A DNA stretch of 61,779 nt from Candidatus Curtissbacteria bacterium. Lineage in GTDB: Bacteria; Patescibacteriota; Microgenomatia; Curtissbacterales; GWA2-41-24. The notes under the pieces were generated by a model. That model searched no databases. It saw nothing but the letters and a program-made list of their open reading frames with translations, and was not told where the DNA came from. The stretch lies in assembly GCA_030647775.1 (NCBI GenBank), contig JAUSJC010000004.1, positions 1 through 61,779 of the forward strand, read 5' to 3'. Shown piece after piece: positions 18,168 through 26,747 of this stretch (position 1 is the stretch's first letter; each line of letters begins with the position of its first letter). The position numbers were made by a program, and so were the translations under genes.

Positions 18168-18977
18168 CTAGCCAGCCGCCGATCTGCTTGCCAACCCAAA
18201 CTTGGCGTTTAAAGATTTTAGGAATTGATCTTTCTCGAAATAAACAAGCTTGACTCTATATTGCCCTCTTTCCACTCTCACACTTTGACTTTGACTAATT
18301 TTTATATGCTCCTGTCCGTCAATTACCAAAGAGATATCGTTTCCGCGAATCACCTTAACTAATATTTCATCGTTTGGCGAAAGAACTACCGATGGAACCG
18401 GCAGGCCATGGGCATTGACCGGCGTTATTAAAAGCGAATCCACTTCCGGGTCTACAATCGGCCCACCGGCCGAAAGAGAATATGCCGTCGACCCGGTTTG
18501 CGTCGCCACAATTACCCCATCCCCAGAAGTATTCAAAAACTTCTGCCCGTTTACTGTAATTTCCAGATTTACAACTCTGTACATTCCCTTCACTACAACC
18601 TCATTCAACGCCCTGTATTTGGTATTTGTTATTTGTGATTTGGGATTTGCCTCGATAGAGGCTTCTATCGTCATTCTTTCCGAAACAAAATATTTTCCGC
18701 TGATAATATCCTCTATTGCTTCTTGCCACTCATCAGCCTCTGTCGCCGTCAAAAACCCTAGCGTCCCCACATTTATCCCCACAAACGGCACGCCAAGCGC
18801 GATATGCTCGCACGCAGCATGAAGCAGCGTTCCATCCCCACCAAGTGTAATAATCAACTCCGCGTCTTTAAGGTCTTCAACTACCTCCTGACCACCACCA
18901 ACCAAAAACTTCTTAATATCAGAAGCAAGTTCTCCGGCTTTTTTAACATCTTTTGCGCTGATTATTCCAAATTTCAT
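18168..18977 (-). CDS. nadK: NAD kinase
   Basis: ITLGGDGTLL motif and NAD kinase C-terminal beta domain. KSQITNTKY is encoded by a ttgtgatttgg low-complexity repeat. Confidence 0.9.
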   Translation of the reverse strand: MKFGIISAKDVKKAGELASDIKKFLVGGGQEVVEDLKDAELIITLGGDGTLLHAACEHIALGVPFVGINVGTLGFLTATEADEWQEAIEDIISGKYFVSERMTIEASIEANPKSQITNTKYRALNEVVVKGMYRVVNLEITVNGQKFLNTSGDGVIVATQTGSTAYSLSAGGPIVDPEVDSLLITPVNAHGLPVPSVVLSPNDEILVKVIRGNDISLVIDGQEHIKISQSQSVRVERGQYRVKLVYFEKDQFLKSLNAKFGLASRSAAG

Positions 18978-18988
18978 TTTTCCTCTTC

Positions 18989-19038
18989 GTCATCCTCGCG
19001 AAAGCGAGGATCAAGATTCTCGATCTAGTGAGAATGAC
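18989..19038. repeat. Palindromic element pair (GTCATCCTCGCGAAAGCGAGGAT... / ...GAGAATGAC)
   Basis: Two adjacent hairpins between the nadK start and the tRNA locus. Confidence 0.6.
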
Positions 19039-19086
19039 ATAATTCTACTGTGGATCCGGATGGAGTCGAACCATCGACAAGACCTT

Positions 19087-19135
19087 ATATCAGCAGGTCG
19101 CCTCAGCATAAATGCTGATGGCGCTCCTCTGATAT
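19087..19135. repeat. Family E element, copy 2 (inside the interrupted tRNA)
   Basis: ATATCAG AGGAGCGCC ATCAGCATTTATGCTGA GGCGACCTG CTGATAT, read on the minus strand. Confidence 0.7.
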
Positions 19136-19148
19136 ATAAGGGCAAGTG

Positions 19149-19220
19149 TGGGCCTGGTAGGTATCGAACCTACGACATCCACCTTATAAGAGTGGCGCTC
19201 TACCACTGAGCTACAGGCCC
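19149..19220 (-). tRNA. tRNA-Ile(UAU)
   Basis: GGGCCTG TA GCTC AGTGGTA GAGC G CCACT CTTATAA GGTGG ATGTC GTAGG TTCGATA CCTAC CAGGCCC A. The body is Ile-like. Confidence 0.85.
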
Positions 19221-19376
19221 GCACTTGCCACTTATTTAAGAGTCCCGTTTTACCGTTAAACTACGGATCCAATACGCCAAATTTTACCATTAATTTTTGG
19301 AAAATTATAATCTCGTTTACCCGCCATCTATATTTATTTAGAGGCGGGCCCGATGCACGATCTCCACATTCACCGA

Positions 19377-19817
19377 TTAATCTGCCGAATGAAGACCGAA
19401 TTGACCTAAAATCAAAGCACCTATAAACCAAATGACAAAAGCTATAAAAAACCCCGCGAAGAATCTCTTAAGTGGATTTAACTTGAGACTCTTCTTGGTG
19501 GCAAACAACAAACCGTTTATCAAACAATATAGGGGAACTATATAAAGCATCCCAAATCCAAAACCCATATTTCCCAAACCTTCTAAATAAAGAGGCTTCT
19601 CGCCTTTGGAACATGCACCGCTCATGCAACTGGAAATTGCGGAAAAAACAAAGAAATAAACCCATATTAAATAATCAATAACAGAAATTAGAAGAGCCCG
19701 ATTCAACCATCCTCTAATCTGTCCGAAGGAGAGCCGGAATAATACATACATCGCCCCGAAGGGAATTAGAATACCAACCATTACAAAAAAACCTACCATT
19801 TTTGAGTCAAAGACCAT
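19377..19817 (-). CDS. Hypothetical membrane protein
   Basis: 146 aa, 4 TM helices. Confidence 0.45.
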   Translation of the reverse strand: MVFDSKMVGFFVMVGILIPFGAMYVLFRLSFGQIRGWLNRALLISVIDYLIWVYFFVFSAISSCMSGACSKGEKPLYLEGLGNMGFGFGMLYIVPLYCLINGLLFATKKSLKLNPLKRFFAGFFIAFVIWFIGALILGQFGLHSAD

Positions 19818-19854
19818 TACAGTCTTGTTTACCCGCTATATTAAAGCGCAGCTT

Positions 19855-22212
19855 TTATAGTCTTGCTCGATGAACAATTTCTGCGTCCACGACATTTACA
19901 TCTCGCCCATACCTCAACCTCGATAGCTGCTTTATCATCTCCGCAATCCGCGGATCGCGTTCTACCTTAGAAAGGTCGCGTGTCGTATCCATCGAAAAAG
20001 AAGGGACCGGTTCGTTGTTAACAATCGTCTTAACATAGGCATGGAACCGCTCGACATTAATTAAATCCGTCTCGTTGAAAGTCGGACTAAACTCGTGTTG
20101 CAAATAGTTCGCATCCGTTACACCCACCCTAAAACTGATAATTGAACCGACATTTCCAAAAATGGCGTTTTTAACCTCTTCCTCAATCTGTCCGATAAAC
20201 TGGTTGGCAACAATCAAGTTAAGACGGTATTTTCTGGCCTCTGCCAAGATATCGGCAAAGGTTTCCGTGGCAAAATTTTGGAACTCGTCAACGTATAGAA
20301 AGAAATCTTTTCTCTGCTCTTCGGGTATATTCTGTCTGCTCATCGCGGCGACTAGAATCTTCGGCACCAAAACCAAACCCAAGAAGTTGGAATTTTCCTC
20401 CGAAAGCCTGCCTTTGGAAAGGTTAACCAAAAGAATTTTCTCGTTATCCATAATGTCGCGGATATCAAATGCGCTCTTAGATTGACCGATGATATTTCTC
20501 ATCATTCTGTCTGTTACAAAACGCCCAAATTTTGAAACAATGTAATCCAAAACTTCACTTTTATGAAAATCTGAAGTTTGGGCAATCTGGTCTGTCCAAT
20601 AGCGCCGCACCACCGGGTCTGTAACCTTTGGCAACAGTTCCTGCACAAAATTAGCGTCCGTAAGAACCCTCACAACTTCCATAAAAGTACTCCCCGGCTC
20701 ACTCATAACAGTTAACATCGCGTTTCGAATGGCGTGCTCAAACCGCGGTCCGATAATTCCGGTTTTGTGCGGGTCGTAAAGTTTGTACATTAGCCCGACG
20801 ATGTAAGTCGCCACAAAATGCTTTTCCTGCTCCGTCTGCGCCTCTAACATATTCATTCCAATCGGCCTCTCGGTATCTGCCGGATTAAAGTAAATTACAT
20901 CTTCCGCCCGCTCGGGTGGAACCATTTCCAGTATCTCTTCAACAGCATCTCCGTGCGGGTCAATAAAGGCCACACCATGCCCGGCGCGGATATCCTGCAT
21001 CACCATATGGACAAGCTGCTGGGTCTTACCTGTCCCTGTCTTACCAATAATGTAAACGTGGCGGCGCCTATCCTCATCGGAAAGAAAAATTTCCTTCGTC
21101 GATCCCCTGTAAACGCTTTTGCCGAGCTGCAGACCAGATGATGGAATCTGTGCCGGTGCCGGTGCCCGCTTGGCATTAACCCAGAAAATCCCCGGTGTCT
21201 CCACTGTTTTATTGGGTAAATGAAATAAAGTCGCCAGCTCCTCCGAATTTAAAACTCCCCACTTGCCAAAAATCGGCCAGTACCTGTAAACAAAATCGAC
21301 TAAAAATTGCTTTTTGAAGCGGATTTTGGCGCTCCCCACGCTATTAAATTCCGAAGAAAACTGGGCAAACGTCGATTTAATGTTATCGAGATGGACTTTG
21401 GCTTCCGACGCAGTTTTGGCCGAAACGACAATTCTGATAACCGCATTAAACCCAACTTTTGAAGTTTTATTTTCGACAGCCTCCATTTTCTTCGGATCCG
21501 GCGCGCTTTTATTCTTTGGTGAAAGCTCCGCGCTTTTGGTCTTGGAAACAAAGTGTTTACCGCTAGCCCGCCATTTTGAAGAAGCCGGTGACACTAAAAT
21601 TTGCACTGCCGCCCCTTCTCCAGGCGCCATTTTGGCCATCGCCGAAGTAATCTGCGCCAGTGGATCCGTCGCCAGATCTTTATAAGTTTTGATGGGATAA
21701 TAACTCTGTTTCTTTAATTTAAGCTGCGCATAGGCCAGTTTCCCTTCTTCGGAAAAAATATTATATTCTTCGACCTCACGCACATCGGCTCCCGGATAAG
21801 CCCCATGAATCTGTTTTTCCACTAAATCCTCAATCGATTTCGGACATGAAATGTAAAACTTAATCTCTTCCGGTGTAGCGACAATCTCCAGGGAAAAATG
21901 CACTTCCGGGTGCAGGAAACTAGACCTGCCCCCCTTGTAAATTGAATAGAGAGAAGAAAACATCTGTTCGGCAACATCGATCTTTGTTTCATTATCACGG
22001 GGAACAGCTACCTGAAAGAGCACAAAGTCCAAAGACCTCTCCTCCCTGTTTTTATTGCGCATCCAAAGAACCCAGATATAACCGACAATAAATGCCAAAC
22101 CACCCAAAACCAAAAGTACTAAAAGCAAAAACCCCAGGCTTTGCAAAACCAGGCCAAAAGCAGAAAAAACGTCTATTTGCCCGAGTTGCGTTGGAGCATT
22201 CTCAATCGGCAT
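19855..22212 (-). CDS. VirD4/TraG/TraD-like (type IV coupling protein family) P-loop ATPase with N-terminal TM anchor
   Basis: Walker A IIGKTGTGKT, Walker B-like FFLYVDEFQNF, ARKYRLNLIVANQ. 785 aa. Confidence 0.7.
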   Translation of the reverse strand: MPIENAPTQLGQIDVFSAFGLVLQSLGFLLLVLLVLGGLAFIVGYIWVLWMRNKNREERSLDFVLFQVAVPRDNETKIDVAEQMFSSLYSIYKGGRSSFLHPEVHFSLEIVATPEEIKFYISCPKSIEDLVEKQIHGAYPGADVREVEEYNIFSEEGKLAYAQLKLKKQSYYPIKTYKDLATDPLAQITSAMAKMAPGEGAAVQILVSPASSKWRASGKHFVSKTKSAELSPKNKSAPDPKKMEAVENKTSKVGFNAVIRIVVSAKTASEAKVHLDNIKSTFAQFSSEFNSVGSAKIRFKKQFLVDFVYRYWPIFGKWGVLNSEELATLFHLPNKTVETPGIFWVNAKRAPAPAQIPSSGLQLGKSVYRGSTKEIFLSDEDRRRHVYIIGKTGTGKTQQLVHMVMQDIRAGHGVAFIDPHGDAVEEILEMVPPERAEDVIYFNPADTERPIGMNMLEAQTEQEKHFVATYIVGLMYKLYDPHKTGIIGPRFEHAIRNAMLTVMSEPGSTFMEVVRVLTDANFVQELLPKVTDPVVRRYWTDQIAQTSDFHKSEVLDYIVSKFGRFVTDRMMRNIIGQSKSAFDIRDIMDNEKILLVNLSKGRLSEENSNFLGLVLVPKILVAAMSRQNIPEEQRKDFFLYVDEFQNFATETFADILAEARKYRLNLIVANQFIGQIEEEVKNAIFGNVGSIISFRVGVTDANYLQHEFSPTFNETDLINVERFHAYVKTIVNNEPVPSFSMDTTRDLSKVERDPRIAEMIKQLSRLRYGRDVNVVDAEIVHRARL

Positions 22213-22798
22213 CTTTCACCTCTTTACCCTCCGAAGTCTTGACGGAGGAGGGTTTACCCTCCGTAGCTTTCTTGTCCACCGAAGCTTTAGCGGAGGTGGA
22301 AACGAAGGAGGGCTTCCTAAATACTATTCTCATAGTATGCTTATGCGCCAGTTTCATCATTCGGCCAACCCAAAGCGCCAGAGCCACTAAACTTGCCGTC
22401 CCAAAAACCGTCTTCTCATGGTCAGTCTTGCCGTCTGCTCTCATTTTCAAACCTTCCTTGTATTCTTTTTCTAATATGTCGATATTAATTATCGGACCAC
22501 TGGTAAGCACTTCCTCCGCCTCTTGTTCCGGACTCATTACTCCGGCATCGGCAACATCAGGAGGAATCTCTATCTTTGGCAAACCGGCCACGGTCTCCGG
22601 CATACTTTCCCGAACCAAACGCAGTGCCTCTTTATCATGCGAATCGGATACTTCCCTTATTTCGGTAATTGCCGCGGCCTCTTGCGCCCGCCCATCTGCT
22701 GGTTCTTGCTCTTTCGCCCTCGGCTGAACTGCTTGGTCACCTTTTACCTTTTGGGAATCATCGGAAGTTATTTTTTTGGCAGTAGTATTCATAGACAA
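22202..22798 (-). CDS. Hypothetical charged protein with one TM, overlapping the start of the ATPase gene by 11 nt
   Basis: Co-directional and overlapping. The C-terminal third is encoded by family C-like repeats (22222-22313). Confidence 0.45.
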   Translation of the reverse strand: MSMNTTAKKITSDDSQKVKGDQAVQPRAKEQEPADGRAQEAAAITEIREVSDSHDKEALRLVRESMPETVAGLPKIEIPPDVADAGVMSPEQEAEEVLTSGPIINIDILEKEYKEGLKMRADGKTDHEKTVFGTASLVALALWVGRMMKLAHKHTMRIVFRKPSFVSTSAKASVDKKATEGKPSSVKTSEGKEVKDAD

Positions 22799-22846
22799 TG
22801 TAACGTAATTTTAGCAGATAAAGTCTATGAGAGATAATGCAAAAAA

Positions 22847-23554
22847 TTAAAAGGGGGAATTAATTTTTGCTTCTGGTATTTTTCTCAAAAACAAAAATTC
22901 GTAAACCAATCCAAAAAGACTTCCGGCAAAAGGCCCAAGTATCCAAATCGGCAGGTTTGTAAAAGACCCGGTAATAACCGCCGGCCCGATTGCCCTTGCC
23001 GGATTAAGTGCCGCACCGGTTATTGGCCCCGCAAAAATACCGCCGCAAACTACAACCAACCCTATCACCAACGGCCCGAAACTAACCGACCCGCGACGAT
23101 CGACAACTGTTGCAAAAACCGCAAACACCAAAACTGCTGTCAAAATTGCTTCCAAAAGTAAAGCTGTTCCAACTGCTACATCGGCTCCCAGAATTGGCGC
23201 CCCGAGGTTAAAACGGATGGCACGGTCCCCAAAAATATAAAGCAGGACACCACCGGCCGCAAAACTGGCCAACACTTGGGAAGCAATATAAAAAACCGCA
23301 TTGATTACCGAAATTTTTCCCGTCAACCAAACCGCCAAAGTTACTGCCGGGTTAAGATGCCCTCCGGAAATTGCTGCCGTTGCCCAAATCATCGCCGCCA
23401 AAGAAAGTCCTGTCGCAAGCGCCACCCCCAAAGAGCCGACATCGCCATAGAAGATGTTAGAAAGTACTGCACCGGAAGCAACAAAAACAAAAACAAACGT
23501 CCCCAGAAACTCCGCCACATACGCCCCCCACGGCAAATTGATGTTAATCCTCAC
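22847..23554 (-). CDS. Aquaporin / MIP family channel
   Basis: Two NPA boxes (HLNPAVT, ALNPARA), six TM helices. Confidence 0.9.
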   Translation of the reverse strand: MRININLPWGAYVAEFLGTFVFVFVASGAVLSNIFYGDVGSLGVALATGLSLAAMIWATAAISGGHLNPAVTLAVWLTGKISVINAVFYIASQVLASFAAGGVLLYIFGDRAIRFNLGAPILGADVAVGTALLLEAILTAVLVFAVFATVVDRRGSVSFGPLVIGLVVVCGGIFAGPITGAALNPARAIGPAVITGSFTNLPIWILGPFAGSLFGLVYEFLFLRKIPEAKINSPF

Positions 23555-23599
23555 AAAGAAATTATAGTATTTAAAATTGGAAATTGGAAATTCCGAATA

Positions 23600-24178
23600 C
23601 TAATCCGGCGTCTTCTCTGGTCCGCGGTTACGGTATGTCTTTATAAAATCCTTTATTTTGCTCTCGTCAAACTGTTGCATATTAAGTACCCTTCCCCATG
23701 CAACCAACGCAATCTTTGAATCATTTGCCTCTCTCGGCTCCAAAATCATTTTCCAATCGTCCCCCGCGACTATTTCAGTAAGCTTTTTCTTTTCATCTTC
23801 CGAAATTCCGGCGCTGTCGGTCGCCTCGCCGGTGGGGCGATAAGAAATCCAGATATATCCATGTTCCAAATTGTGTATCAGTTGTTCGTCCGGCAGTTGA
23901 TTGTCATAAACGCCATTTTTGGCAGATCCCGGCCAATGCGGCCCGGAAGTTGGTGGATTGCTATTATAGGTAGTAACCGGTGTTCCGAAATCCACATGCT
24001 CTCTTCCAACAATTGCAAATTCCTGTATTTCAGCTACGGGGCTTGAAACAGAAATTGGTTTGGTCTCATCCTGCACTCCCAAAGTACTTTCACTTCGAGA
24101 AAAAAACCACACACCAAAACCTAAAATTACCGCCGTCGGCACTAAAAACCAAACCAAAATTGGTACTCTATTAATCAT
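23600..24178 (-). CDS. DUF3105 domain protein
   Basis: N-terminal TM, PPTSGPHW and HNLEHGYIW signature. Confidence 0.6.
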   Translation of the reverse strand: MINRVPILVWFLVPTAVILGFGVWFFSRSESTLGVQDETKPISVSSPVAEIQEFAIVGREHVDFGTPVTTYNSNPPTSGPHWPGSAKNGVYDNQLPDEQLIHNLEHGYIWISYRPTGEATDSAGISEDEKKKLTEIVAGDDWKMILEPREANDSKIALVAWGRVLNMQQFDESKIKDFIKTYRNRGPEKTPD

Positions 24179-24218
24179 TATATTCGCTTCGCTTATGTAA
24201 TTTCTTCTAAATTATAGG

Positions 24219-24623
24219 CTATTCTACCACAATTGTCCCGTTTTGGCTGGGGTTTAAGTGGTTGTGGTACTTATAAGTCCCCGCCGCGGCAAAGCTTGTC
24301 GACCCTGTGCTGCCGGCGGCTATCGCCCCGATATTAAGTTCCGGATAAAGGTTATGCACCGGATGCGGCGCGGAATTTACCTGGATCGCCGAACCGCTAT
24401 TATTCTTAAATACCACTTTCTGCCCGACTTTAGCGTTCAAAGTAGTCGGCGCAAACCCACTGTCTGTATAAATTATTACTGCTGCTGATGCGTCTTCTGT
24501 CGCCGAAGATATCGACGGAACACTTTGGGAACTTGTCGTCGTCGTATTGTAAGAATTACATGCGGAAAGCAGAAGCGCCGAGGCCAAAGCTATACCGACT
24601 AAACTTATCTTTCTAATGTTCAA
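24219..24623 (-). CDS. Cupredoxin-like lipoprotein
   Basis: Lipobox LLSAC. C-terminal beta domain with HPVH...YKYHNHLNP ligand-like residues. TTG start after AAGGGGGTGA. Confidence 0.55.
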   Translation of the reverse strand: MNIRKISLVGIALASALLLSACNSYNTTTTSSQSVPSISSATEDASAAVIIYTDSGFAPTTLNAKVGQKVVFKNNSGSAIQVNSAPHPVHNLYPELNIGAIAAGSTGSTSFAAAGTYKYHNHLNPSQNGTIVVE

Positions 24624-24640
24624 AATTCTTTCACCCCCTT

Positions 24641-24787
24641 TTATAAACTTCCGAGGGCTAAAAGCCCTCGGTATTGCTCTTTAAGTTTACATGAGCGAGC
24701 AGAATATTCCCAGTTCTCGGAAGTATGTATTCTCTCGCATTCATCCGCGGACTAATAGCCCGCGGTGTTCTGCGAGCAAATATAAAT
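24641..24787 (-). repeat. Conserved ~150-nt leader element, copy 1 (candidate cis-regulatory RNA or MITE)
   Basis: Shares long identical blocks with 30146-30312, in the same orientation and at the same position directly 5' of a small metalloprotein gene. Confidence 0.6.
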
Positions 24788-24859
24788 GTCTAATGACTAA
24801 AGTCTAAGGACTAACGCAAAAATTACACCTTAGTCGTTTGTCTTTCGTCATTAGTCGAT

Positions 24860-25723
24860 CTAAGCTTTACCTGCGCTGCCAAATACTTCGATTTTCCCCT
24901 CAACGACAGCCGCCACCGCGCCGGTAATATCCGACGCCAGTTTGTAAGAAACCCGCTCGCCCGGATTTTCGCTAAGTCCCTCGTCAAGGGCATCCCTATA
25001 TTCAGCACGGATTTCCGTATTAACGTTAACTTTGACAATTTTGCCGGCCGCGATCGCCTCGCGAACCTGTACCGCAGGGATACCGGACCCTCCATGCATC
25101 GAAAGAAAAGTGTTTGGAAGTGCCTCCCTTATTTTGGAGACCAAACCCATATCCAAATCCGGCTGGTTCGGAAACGTTCCGTGAACATTCCCAAAACAAG
25201 CCGCAAAAATATCCACACCGGTTGCCCCGACAAACTCCGCCGCGCGAGCCGGATCCGTGTACGATTTTTTTATCAGTTCAAAATCCAGCTCTTCGCTGTG
25301 TACTTCGCTGGAACCGGGCAGTTTGTCCATCTCCCCCTCCACCAAAACCCCATTTGCATGCGCCGTGATAACCACCTTTTTTGCATTTGCTACATTTTCG
25401 CCAAAGGAAAGTTCACTCCCGTCAAAATGGACATCGTCAAAACCAACTGCAATTGCTGCCAGACAATCCTCAACTTTTTTTGAATGATCTAGGTTTAAAA
25501 GTATTGGAATACCAAACTCTTCTCTGGCGTTCTCGATAAGGTCCTTGATGTTATCAAGGCCAAAATAACCGACTTCCCCCGCCGAAAATTCTACTATCAC
25601 CGGCGATTTCATTTTCCTGCCGGCCTCGCAAATCGCCCGCATAATATCGAGGTTATCAACATTAAACGCCCCAATGGCAAAATTTTCATTCTGTGCCTTA
25701 GTGAACCAATCCCTGGCTGTCAT
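24860..25723 (-). CDS. fba: Class II fructose-bisphosphate aldolase
   Basis: FNVDNLD, LNLDHS, SMHGGSG motifs. Confidence 0.9.
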   Translation of the reverse strand: MTARDWFTKAQNENFAIGAFNVDNLDIMRAICEAGRKMKSPVIVEFSAGEVGYFGLDNIKDLIENAREEFGIPILLNLDHSKKVEDCLAAIAVGFDDVHFDGSELSFGENVANAKKVVITAHANGVLVEGEMDKLPGSSEVHSEELDFELIKKSYTDPARAAEFVGATGVDIFAACFGNVHGTFPNQPDLDMGLVSKIREALPNTFLSMHGGSGIPAVQVREAIAAGKIVKVNVNTEIRAEYRDALDEGLSENPGERVSYKLASDITGAVAAVVEGKIEVFGSAGKA

Positions 25724-25814
25724 AACAATCTCCTTTGCTCAAGAAAATTTCGTCCTGAGTGAAATCGAAGGGCAAAACCCTCACTTTGTGCTTTGGCAAA
25801 CCACTCCCGTATCG

Positions 25815-26195
25815 TCATGTTTTCACCTTCTTTGCCTTTCTTCCCTTAAAATCAGCGTAAATCTTAAGCCCCACAATCATATTGATAATTGCCATTGCCA
25901 AATACGGCACCCAATAAATTGATTTAACAGCAGCCAGCACCCCCCCAAACTCAAAACCTTCAATCACAAAAACAGCAAGGACCGTCACTTCAAAAATCGA
26001 AACGAAAGTTGCCAACATCGAAGCCCGCAAAGTCTTCATAAACCATAAAAAAGCAACCGGGCCAAACATTAAAAGCCCAAAAATCATTCCATTAAAAAGC
26101 TCACGAGATAAAATAAATTCCCAAATGTTTAAGAAGATAAAAATAAAGATTAAATTCGTTTTGAAAATTTTTTTCTTTGACAAAAGTTTCTTCAT
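25815..26195 (-). CDS. Hypothetical membrane protein
   Basis: 126 aa, 4 TM helices, 4-nt overlap with the rpiB stop. Confidence 0.45.
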   Translation of the reverse strand: MKKLLSKKKIFKTNLIFIFIFLNIWEFILSRELFNGMIFGLLMFGPVAFLWFMKTLRASMLATFVSIFEVTVLAVFVIEGFEFGGVLAAVKSIYWVPYLAMAIINMIVGLKIYADFKGRKAKKVKT

Positions 26196-26692
26196 TGCTC
26201 CTCAAATTTTTTGATCTTTTCAATCCTCCGCACATGACGAGCTTCTGCAGTAAACTTTGCCCCGATCCAGGCATCAACAGCTTCTTTCGCTTGATCGACA
26301 GTCAAAAAACGTACCCCTAAAGACAAAACATTCGCGTCATTATGCTCGCGTGTTAAACGCAACATTTCCAGCGGATCCTCACTTGTCCTACCTGTTATAT
26401 CGACAGCACCTTGAGGCATTACCACCCCATAAAACACAGCCGCTCTTGCCCCTTTAGCTTTGTTGGCAACCATTGCCTCACCCTGGCCCGAACCTCCAAT
26501 CACAATTCCTAACGATCCCGTATCGTTAGCAACCTTTTGAGCACAGGGATAAATAAAGTCCGGGTAATCATCCGCTTCATCGTATTGAAATGCTCCGCAA
26601 TCCTCGACTTCTTTGCCTTCCGATTTTAAATGCTCAATTAGCACCTTTTTTAAATCAAAGCCAGCGTGGTCGCTGGCAATATATATCCTCAT
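26192..26692 (-). CDS. rpiB: Ribose-5-phosphate isomerase B
   Basis: MRIYIASDHAGFDLK N-terminus, GGSGQGEAMVANK. Confidence 0.9.
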   Translation of the reverse strand: MRIYIASDHAGFDLKKVLIEHLKSEGKEVEDCGAFQYDEADDYPDFIYPCAQKVANDTGSLGIVIGGSGQGEAMVANKAKGARAAVFYGVVMPQGAVDITGRTSEDPLEMLRLTREHNDANVLSLGVRFLTVDQAKEAVDAWIGAKFTAEARHVRRIEKIKKFEEQ

Positions 26693-26747
26693 GCATCTAG
26701 CTTAACGGGTTTGGCGGGCGAAGTGCAAATCGGGGAAATTGCTTCTA

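Larger units (their letters stand above)
19051..19270 (-). tRNA. Interrupted type-I tRNA (anticodon UAA or UAU depending on junction), pieces 19270-19236 and 19086-19051
   Basis: GGATCCG TA GTTT AACGGTA AAAC G GGACT CTTAA|AA GGTCT TGTC GATGG TTCGACT CCATC CGGATCC A (71 nt). A 149-nt insert sits in the anticodon loop. Confidence 0.5.
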
